This document shows positions 8,748 to 15,160 of a stretch of 17,862 nt of DNA, one piece after another (position 1 is the first letter of the stretch; each line of letters starts with the position of its first letter). The stretch spans positions 17,295 to 35,156 of the forward strand of contig JBNJGY010000019.1 of NCBI GenBank assembly GCA_051748045.1. Direction: 5' to 3'. Source of the DNA: Thermotogota bacterium (GTDB lineage Bacteria; Thermotogota; Thermotogae; Petrotogales; Petrotogaceae). The notes beneath the pieces were generated by a model. The model did not search any database, was not told where the DNA came from, and worked only from the letters and a program-made list of their open reading frames with translations. The translations under genes and the position numbers were made by a program.

Positions 8748-10304
8748 TTGAGTAAATTAGGGATAGATTGGTCTCTTGTTGAAAAAGCAAGAGGGTATGC
8801 TTCCAATATAGCAAACAGTGTTAGTCAATATGTACAAGACTATTCAACAGTCTCAGTTGAAAGAACTATTTGTAGATTTTTAGGTATAGATGGAATAAAT
8901 GAAGAAGATATTCCTTTGCCAAATATTGTAGTAGATCATATGAAGCAAAAGAATATTTTAATAAATGGTGCAGCTTATAACATAGGAAATGCTATGATAG
9001 AATTAGATATTACTCCTCAAGAGATTGCAGAAAAAGTTGCAAAAGGTGACATAGATTTGTCAAAAATAACTCCTCATAATTCTGAAGAATCCCTAAAGAT
9101 GATAGAACCTATAATAAATTCAACAATTGAGAAAATAAAAGAAAACAAAAAATACAGAGATGATTTTGTCGAAAACATTGGTGAAGGAACACAACCTTAT
9201 TTATATGTTATTGTTGCAACTGGAAATGTTTATGAAGACGTTGTTCAAGCAAAAGCAGCTGCTAGACAAGGCGCAGATATTATAGCTGTTATAAGATCAA
9301 CAGGGCAGTCTTTATTAGATTTTGTTCCTTATGGACCAACGACAGAAGGTTTCGGTGGAACGTTTGCCACACAAGAGAATTTCAAAATAATGAGAGAAGC
9401 TCTTGATGAAGTAGGACATGAGCTTGGAAGATATATAAGGCTTGTAAATTATGCTTCTGGACTTTGTATGCCAGAAATTGCAGCGATGGGCGCTGTAGAA
9501 AGATTAGATGTAATGCTTAATGATGCATTATATGGTATATTATTTAGAGATATAAACATGAAAAGAACTATAATAGATCAACATTTTTCAAGAGTTATAA
9601 ACGGTTTTGCAGGAATAATTATCAATACTGGAGAAGATAATTATTTAACAACAGCAGATGCTTATGAACAAGCTCACACTGTTTTAGCCTCTGATTTCAT
9701 AAACGAACAAATGGCTTTAACAGCAGGGATTCCTAAATCCCAGATGGGTTTAGGACATGCTTTTGAAATGGATCCTGATATGGAAAACGGGTTTCTATAT
9801 GAACTAGCACAAGCACAATTAGTAAGAGATATCTTCCCCGAAGCAACTCCAAAATATATGCCTCCAACAAAATTCATGACGGGAAATATTTTCAAAGGTA
9901 ATATTCAAGACGCATTATTTAATGAAGTTTCTATTTGGACAAAACAAGGGATTCAACTTTTAGGTATGATAACAGAAGCTATTCACACACCTTTCATGTC
10001 TGATAGGTATATTGCAATTGAAAATGCAAAATACATTTTTAATAATATGAAAAACATAGGTGATGAAGTAGAGTTCAAAGATGATGGGATAATTCAAAAT
10101 AGGGCAAAACAAGTATTGAATGAATCACTCACACTTCTTGAAACTATAGAAAAAGAAGGATTATTTGATTCGCTTGAAAAAGGCGTTTTTGCAGATGTAA
10201 AAAGACCTATAAATGGTGGGAAAGGTTTAGATGGCGTTTTTGAAAAAGGGAAGAACTATATGAATCCTTTCATTGAAAAAATGTTGGGAGATGATGTTAA
10301 ATGA
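8748..10304 (+). CDS. kamD: Lysine 5,6-aminomutase alpha subunit
   Basis: STVSVERT, YVIVATGNVYEDV, IRSTGQSLLD, NYASGLCMPEI and KYMPPTK; TTG start after AGGAG. Confidence 0.95.
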   Translation: MSKLGIDWSLVEKARGYASNIANSVSQYVQDYSTVSVERTICRFLGIDGINEEDIPLPNIVVDHMKQKNILINGAAYNIGNAMIELDITPQEIAEKVAKGDIDLSKITPHNSEESLKMIEPIINSTIEKIKENKKYRDDFVENIGEGTQPYLYVIVATGNVYEDVVQAKAAARQGADIIAVIRSTGQSLLDFVPYGPTTEGFGGTFATQENFKIMREALDEVGHELGRYIRLVNYASGLCMPEIAAMGAVERLDVMLNDALYGILFRDINMKRTIIDQHFSRVINGFAGIIINTGEDNYLTTADAYEQAHTVLASDFINEQMALTAGIPKSQMGLGHAFEMDPDMENGFLYELAQAQLVRDIFPEATPKYMPPTKFMTGNIFKGNIQDALFNEVSIWTKQGIQLLGMITEAIHTPFMSDRYIAIENAKYIFNNMKNIGDEVEFKDDGIIQNRAKQVLNESLTLLETIEKEGLFDSLEKGVFADVKRPINGGKGLDGVFEKGKNYMNPFIEKMLGDDVK

Positions 10305-11083
10305 GTGGAGGACAATACGATACAAACAAAAGAGAATATGACAAAACATTAGATTTGACAAAAGTGAAACCATATGGTGATACCATGAACGATGGAAAAA
10401 TTCAAATTTCTTTTACTCTTCCTGTTCCTTGTGGTGATGAAGCGGTAGAAGCAGCGAAAATTACAATGAAAAAAATGGGGCTACAAAACCCCCAAATTGT
10501 TTTTTATAAAGAGTTGACAAAAGGTTTTACTTTTTTCAATGGATATGGAGAGTTCACTGATACAGTTAATTTTGAAGAAATTCATGTTCCAAAAGTAAAA
10601 ATAGATAAAATGGATATGGAAGAAACAGATGAGTATATAAAAGAAAATATAGGAAGAAAAATAGTAGTAATAGGTGCAAGCACAGGAACAGATGCACATA
10701 CTGTAGGAATAGATGCAATAATGAATATGAAAGGGTTTGCTGGTCATTATGGTCTTGAAAGATATGAAATGATTGATGCTTATAATCTTGGTAGCCAAGT
10801 AGAAAATGAGGATTTTGTTGCAAAAGCGGTAGAATTAAATGCAGATGTTTTATTAGTGTCTCAAACAGTTACTCAAAAAAACATCCATGTAAAAAATCTA
10901 ACAGAATTAGTAGAATTATTAGAAGCAGAAGGATTAAGAGATAAAGTAATTCTCATAGCAGGTGGACCGCGAATATCTCATGAGCTTGTAAAGGAAATAG
11001 GTTATGACGCAGGCTTTGGGCCAAATACTTTTGCAGATGATGTAGCAAGTTATATAGCAAAAGAAATGAACAATAGAAAATAA
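10301..11083 (+). CDS. kamE: Lysine 5,6-aminomutase beta subunit (cobalamin/PLP binding)
   Basis: KPYGDTMNDG, B12-binding DAHTVG (DxHxxG), MNMKG (PLP lysine), SQTVTQ, GGPRI and GYDAGFG. Confidence 0.95.
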   Translation: MSGGQYDTNKREYDKTLDLTKVKPYGDTMNDGKIQISFTLPVPCGDEAVEAAKITMKKMGLQNPQIVFYKELTKGFTFFNGYGEFTDTVNFEEIHVPKVKIDKMDMEETDEYIKENIGRKIVVIGASTGTDAHTVGIDAIMNMKGFAGHYGLERYEMIDAYNLGSQVENEDFVAKAVELNADVLLVSQTVTQKNIHVKNLTELVELLEAEGLRDKVILIAGGPRISHELVKEIGYDAGFGPNTFADDVASYIAKEMNNRK

Positions 11084-11094
11084 ATATAAAATAT

Positions 11095-11130
11095 AGCCTG
11101 ACTTTTAAAAGTCAGGCTTTTTAGTTTTTT
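11095..11130 (+). terminator. Rho-independent terminator of the kam operon
   Basis: Perfect palindrome AGCCTGACTTTTAAAAGTCAGGCT followed by T tracts, 11 nt after the kamE stop. Confidence 0.85.
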
Positions 11131-11151
11131 ATGATTATTCAAAAATTTTTT

Positions 11152-11408
11152 AAATAATAAATAGCACTCTTCACAAGATCGAAAAAGTAGAAAATGTAAA
11201 ACATTTTCTGTTGAGTGTTTATGGTTGGAAGTTGGAAGTAAAAAACGTTATTAAAAATAGCTATAGCTGTCATTTCGACTAAGATGCGTAGCATCGCATG
11301 GAGAAATCCCATCAGTAAATTTCACAAAGTGAAATTAAGCTTTTAAAACAATTCAATTTTCTACGAAAATTTACTGAATAAATGTCTCGACCAAGCTCGA
11401 CATGACAG
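11152..11408 (+). repeat. Composite intergenic repeat, copy 2
   Basis: Direct repeat of 8325-8571 with an extra CAAGCTCGAC; the inner element has ends GCTGTCAT (11266-11273) and ATGACAGC (11402-11409). Confidence 0.92.
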
Positions 11409-11429
11409 CAGTAAAGGTTTTTAGCTCTT

Positions 11430-11473
11430 GTTTTTACTTCCAACCTCCAACATCCATCTTCCAACAGAAATCA
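11430..11473 (-). repeat. Inverted heptad module
   Basis: The reverse complement TGATTTCT GTTGGAA GATGGAT GTTGGAG GTTGGAA GTAAAAAC is nearly identical to 2319-2359. Confidence 0.85.
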
Positions 11474-11475
11474 CC

Positions 11476-11578
11476 TGTCACCCTGAGCATCGTCGAAGGG
11501 TCTGGATTTATAAATTTGCGAAGCAAATTGAAAAGGTTTTAGATTCTTCAGCTCCAAAAATCGTCGTTCAGAATGACA
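11476..11578. mobile_element. Second, sequence-distinct TGTCA...TGACA REP-like element
   Basis: TGTCACCCTGAGCATCGTCGAAGGGTCT ... AATTTGC-GAA-GCAAATT ... AGATTCTTCAG...TTCAGAATGACA; same architecture as the 8440 and 11267 elements. Confidence 0.7.
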
Positions 11579-11640
11579 AGATACTTATCTATCTAATAAT
11601 GTATTAAAGATATATTTCGGAATTGTTTTATAGAATTTTT

Positions 11641-13329
11641 CTACATTTCTTCTAATGTTTTTATTCCCAATAAATCTAGCCCTTTTCCTATGATGAAAGC
11701 TGTTTTAGCAGCGATGTTTAATCTAGATTTTAAAAGGGTTTCTTCAGATTTTATTACGTTTACATTGTTATAAAAAGAGTTGAAACTTTGAGCCAATTCA
11801 TACAAATAATCTGTAAGAAGATTAGGCTTGTATGCTTCAGCAGATCTTAATACAGCATTAGGAAATTTAAGGATATTTTTTACTAGTTTATCTTCATACT
11901 CATTTTCTATTATTAATATATCTTCATAATTATTTTTATTAGCTTTTTTCAATAAAGAACTAATTCTTGCATAAGTATATTGTAAGTAAGGACTTGAGTT
12001 TGAATTGAAGCTTAATACCTTGTCCCAATCAAATATTATGTCACTTGTTCTATTTTGTGAAAGGTCAGCATATTTAACTGCTGCGATTCCGATTATTTCT
12101 GCTTTAGATTCTAAATCTCCAGTTGAGTTTCTTTCTTCAAGAACTTCTCTTGCTTTTTCTTTTGCTTTATCTAAAAGATCTTTTAATTTTATAACATTTC
12201 CTTTTCTTGTTGAAAAGACACCGTCAGCAAATCTCATTAGCCCAAAATAAACGTGTGCTTTTTCTTCTGTCCAACCTAGCATATCTGCTATTTTAAAAAC
12301 TTGTTTGAAATGAGTCTGTTGTCTATGATCTGTAACGTAAACTAATTTATTGACATCATAATGTTCTCTTCTATACTTAATACAAGCTAAATCAGAAGTT
12401 GTATATAAATAACTTCCATTGCTTTTTTGCACTATCGCATTGTGTAAATTTTCTTCATCATCAAATTTAACTACTAAGGCACCTTCATCTTTTTCAGCTA
12501 TGTTTTTGTCTTTTAGAAGTTCGATAATCTCATGCATTATGTCATGATAGAATGATTCTCCATTATATGTATCGAATTCTATATCCATTCTTTTGTATAT
12601 TTTGTCATATTCTTGCATAGAAACTTCTATAAATTCTTTCCAGAGTTTTGTGTTTTCTTCTTCACCTTGCTGGAGTTTTGCTAATTCTGTTCTTGCTTGT
12701 TCTTTTAGCTCTGCATCATCTTCAGCATGTTTTGTATATTCAACATATATTCTCTCGAGTTCTTCAATAGGATTATTTTTATAATTTTCTTGGTTTAAAA
12801 ATTTCCTATATCCTACAATTAAAGCTCCAAACTGGGTCCCCCAATCACCAAGATGATTATCTCCAACTGTGTCATAACCTACAAAATTTAAAATTCTTTT
12901 TACAGAATCACCAATTACTGTTGATCTTAAATGACCAATATGCATTGGTTTTGCTATGTTAGGTGATGAGTAATCTATTATAACTTTACCTTTTGTATCT
13001 AAATCAAATTCAAATTTTTCTTTTTCTAAATTTATCAAAGAAGTTTTAATAAATTCTTCTTTTAAAAAAAGATTAATAAAACCAGGACCTGCTATTTCTA
13101 TTTTTTTAATTACTTTTGAATCTTTAAAATTCTCCACTATAGTTTTAGCTGTTTTTTTGGGAGATTGTTTTAAATCTTTTGCGGTAATCATTGCAAAATT
13201 TGTTTGGTAATCACCAAATTTTGGGTTATTAGTTTCTTGTATAAAAAGTTTTTCTAAAAGTTCTTTTCCAAAAAGATCTGAAATTAAAGATTTAAGTTCT
13301 TGATGAATAATATCTGTTATTGGTTTCAT
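11641..13329 (-). CDS. argS: Arginine--tRNA ligase
   Basis: FGDYQTN, IAGPGFIN, DYSSPNIAKPMHIGHLRS (HIGH), GDWGTQFG, FSTRKG and PYLQYTYARI. Confidence 0.97.
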   Translation of the reverse strand: MKPITDIIHQELKSLISDLFGKELLEKLFIQETNNPKFGDYQTNFAMITAKDLKQSPKKTAKTIVENFKDSKVIKKIEIAGPGFINLFLKEEFIKTSLINLEKEKFEFDLDTKGKVIIDYSSPNIAKPMHIGHLRSTVIGDSVKRILNFVGYDTVGDNHLGDWGTQFGALIVGYRKFLNQENYKNNPIEELERIYVEYTKHAEDDAELKEQARTELAKLQQGEEENTKLWKEFIEVSMQEYDKIYKRMDIEFDTYNGESFYHDIMHEIIELLKDKNIAEKDEGALVVKFDDEENLHNAIVQKSNGSYLYTTSDLACIKYRREHYDVNKLVYVTDHRQQTHFKQVFKIADMLGWTEEKAHVYFGLMRFADGVFSTRKGNVIKLKDLLDKAKEKAREVLEERNSTGDLESKAEIIGIAAVKYADLSQNRTSDIIFDWDKVLSFNSNSSPYLQYTYARISSLLKKANKNNYEDILIIENEYEDKLVKNILKFPNAVLRSAEAYKPNLLTDYLYELAQSFNSFYNNVNVIKSEETLLKSRLNIAAKTAFIIGKGLDLLGIKTLEEM

Positions 13330-13379
13330 TTCTTACCTCCATTATTTTTTAGTTTTATCTATTATATTATATTTCATTA

Positions 13380-13408
13380 ATTATAAGAGAATGTTTTGTT
13401 TAAGTCAA
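13380..13408 (-). promoter_or_regulatory. Sigma70 promoter of argS
   Basis: The minus strand reads TTGACT-17 nt-TATAAT, about 50 nt upstream of the ATG; GGAGG RBS present. Confidence 0.75.
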
Positions 13409-13416
13409 ATTAGTAT

Positions 13417-13443
13417 AAAAAAAGCCTGCTTTTTCAGCAGGCT
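13417..13443 (-). terminator. Rho-independent terminator after the HMA gene
   Basis: AGCCTGCT-5 nt-AGCAGGCT stem with a T run on the minus strand (A run at 13417-13423). Confidence 0.8.
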
Positions 13444-13465
13444 AGTGTGTATTTTTCAATGTATT

Positions 13466-13666
13466 TTATATTATTCTACCGTGATATCCTAATCTTTCTA
13501 GTTGAGATAAAATATCTTGTGACGGTTTGTCAGTATTAATTTCAAATGTTTGTGAATCTAAATCCATCGAACAATCTTCAATTCTCATATCCTTTTTAAA
13601 TGCTTCTTCTATTTTCTTTTTACAATCTTCTGTAGTTGCATTAGGAACATTAATTCTGTATCTCAT
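13466..13666 (-). CDS. Heavy-metal-associated (CopZ/HMA-fold) small protein with degenerate metal motif
   Basis: 66 aa; RINVPNATTEDCKKKIEEAF aligns with the usual VxxMxCxxCxxxIxxAL; C-terminal LGY; GGAGGTGA RBS; own terminator. Confidence 0.75.
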   Translation of the reverse strand: MRYRINVPNATTEDCKKKIEEAFKKDMRIEDCSMDLDSQTFEINTDKPSQDILSQLERLGYHGRII

Positions 13667-13815
13667 GCAATCACCTCCAATGATTTATGAAACAAATAAC
13701 ATTGCTCTATTATTATTATTACATGTTAATTTTTAGTTGATATAAAGTTGATGTAAAAATCTTTGTAATAATAAAAAATAGATAAATACTAAAACATTAA
13801 AATATAAATCATATC

Positions 13816-13847
13816 TTTACTTTTACTTTAAAGTTTGATAAACTTAA
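13816..13847 (+). promoter_or_regulatory. Putative promoter of the flp-encapsulin operon with an overlapping palindrome
   Basis: TTTACT-17 nt-TAAACT with TG extension at 13836-13837; dyad TAAAGTTTGATAAACTTAA at 13829-13847. Confidence 0.4.
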
Positions 13848-13932
13848 AGTGTTACCATTAAATAGTACGTGAGACAAATAAAATATCAAAAAGGCAGGTG
13901 AAAACCCGTTGAGTAAATATAGCGGGGAAAAT

Positions 13933-14292
13933 ATGGGAGATTATCATGAATCATATGATGCTTTAGATGAACAAACAAGAAATTTCACAAGAGCTTTAAA
14001 CAGTTTTAAAGAAGAAATTGAAGCTGTAGATTGGTATAACCAAAGAGTTGCACTTGCTACTGATCCAGAATTAAAAGAAATAATGGCTCATAACAGAGAT
14101 GAAGAGATCGAACATGCAATTATGACTCTTGAATGGTTGAGAAGAAACATGCCAGGATGGGATGAAGAAATGAGAACTTATTTATTTAAACAAGGAAATA
14201 TAGCTCATTTAGAAGATGGAGAAGAAGATGGAGAAGAATCATCTAATGATTCAGGAGACGGTTCTTTAGGTCTTGGAAAAATGAATAAATAA
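13933..14292 (+). CDS. Encapsulin-associated ferritin-like protein (Flp/EncFtn cargo)
   Basis: YHE, EEIEAVDWYNQR and HNRDEEIEHA (EExxH ferroxidase motif), acidic linker and C-terminal targeting peptide GSLGLGKM. ATG 13933 fits the usual family N-terminus; TTG 13909 with an AGGTGA RBS is an alternative. Confidence 0.92.
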   Translation: MGDYHESYDALDEQTRNFTRALNSFKEEIEAVDWYNQRVALATDPELKEIMAHNRDEEIEHAIMTLEWLRRNMPGWDEEMRTYLFKQGNIAHLEDGEEDGEESSNDSGDGSLGLGKMNK

Positions 14293-14332
14293 AATAATAA
14301 CTTATATACTTTTTTTAAAGGAGGTATTTATA

Positions 14333-15121
14333 GTGGATGTGTTAAAAAGAAATTTAGCACCTATATCAGATGGTGTATGGAATGAAATAGATGATAGAGC
14401 AAAAGAAGTTTTTGAATCATATTTATCTGCAAGAAGAATAGTTGGGTTGAAAGGCCCTTTAGGGTTAAATTATACAGTGGTACCTGAAGGTAGAATAGGT
14501 CCTCATGATGAAAAAGATGGAGTAAAATACGGAATGTATAAAGTTAAACCTCTAGTAGAATCAAGAATAGAGTTTGAATTAGATAGATGGGAATTAGATA
14601 ATTTAGAAAGAGGTGCTGTTGATTTAGAATTGGATGATTTAGAAGAAGCTGTTAAAAAAACAGCTCTTTTTGAAGAAAATGCTATATATAACTCTTTAGA
14701 AAATGCTCAAATAGTTGGTTTACAAGAAGCTTCTGAAAATGAACCGATAGAAATAGGCGAATCAACTTCAGATATAATGGAAGCTGTAACAGATGGTTTA
14801 TTAAAATTAAAAGAATCATTTGTTGGGGATAATTATGTATTAGTTGTAGGACCAAAAGTATGGAAAAAAATCAACAAATTATCTGAAAATTACCCACTAA
14901 TGAGAAAATTAGAAGAAACTATTGGGAATAAAGTTATGTTCTCTCATGTACTTGAAGGAGCATTGTTATTACCAGTAGACCATGATGATTTAGAAATGAC
15001 TATTGGAAGAGATTTTTCAATTGGGTATCATTCTTCTACTGATAAAAAAGTTAAATTCTACATTATGGAAACTTTTACTTTCAGAGTATTAGATCCAGCT
15101 ATTATCGTAAAATTCAAATAA
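14333..15121 (+). CDS. Family 1 encapsulin shell protein (linocin M18 / maritimacin-like)
   Basis: LKRNLAPIS..W.EID..AKE, ARRIV...GPLG, FELDRWELDNLERG, GRDFSIGY and ETFTFRVLDPA; GTG start after GGAGG. Confidence 0.95.
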   Translation: MDVLKRNLAPISDGVWNEIDDRAKEVFESYLSARRIVGLKGPLGLNYTVVPEGRIGPHDEKDGVKYGMYKVKPLVESRIEFELDRWELDNLERGAVDLELDDLEEAVKKTALFEENAIYNSLENAQIVGLQEASENEPIEIGESTSDIMEAVTDGLLKLKESFVGDNYVLVVGPKVWKKINKLSENYPLMRKLEETIGNKVMFSHVLEGALLLPVDHDDLEMTIGRDFSIGYHSSTDKKVKFYIMETFTFRVLDPAIIVKFK

Positions 15122-15131
15122 TTAATAATTT

Positions 15132-15160
15132 AAAATCTCCCTTTAAAAAGGGAGATTTTT
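15132..15160. terminator. Bidirectional terminator between encapsulin and the ATPase gene
   Basis: AAAATCTCCCTTT-AA-AAAGGGAGATTTTT between convergent stop codons. Confidence 0.85.

Noticed and set aside
8325-11578. Repeats as a CRISPR array
   Set aside because: There is no regular repeat-spacer periodicity and no cas gene; copies are dispersed, nested and in both orientations.
13330-13410. T-box leader for argS
   Set aside because: A near-consensus promoter lies only about 50 nt from the start codon and no T-box motif is present.
240-13736. Short ORFs overlapping real genes (240-422, 977-1216, 2719-3045, 3015-3473, 3227-3412, 3734-4033, 5818-6045, 7141-7392, 7415-7657, 9674-9895, 10481-10798, 10566-10823, 12005-12250, 12593-12784, 13527-13736)
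   Set aside because: All are antisense shadows of well-supported genes, with no recognisable motifs and a composition typical of reverse-frame translation.
14333-15121. Bacteriocin or prophage capsid
   Set aside because: The linocin/HK97-like fold is explained by an encapsulin with an adjacent cargo gene; no phage genes are nearby.
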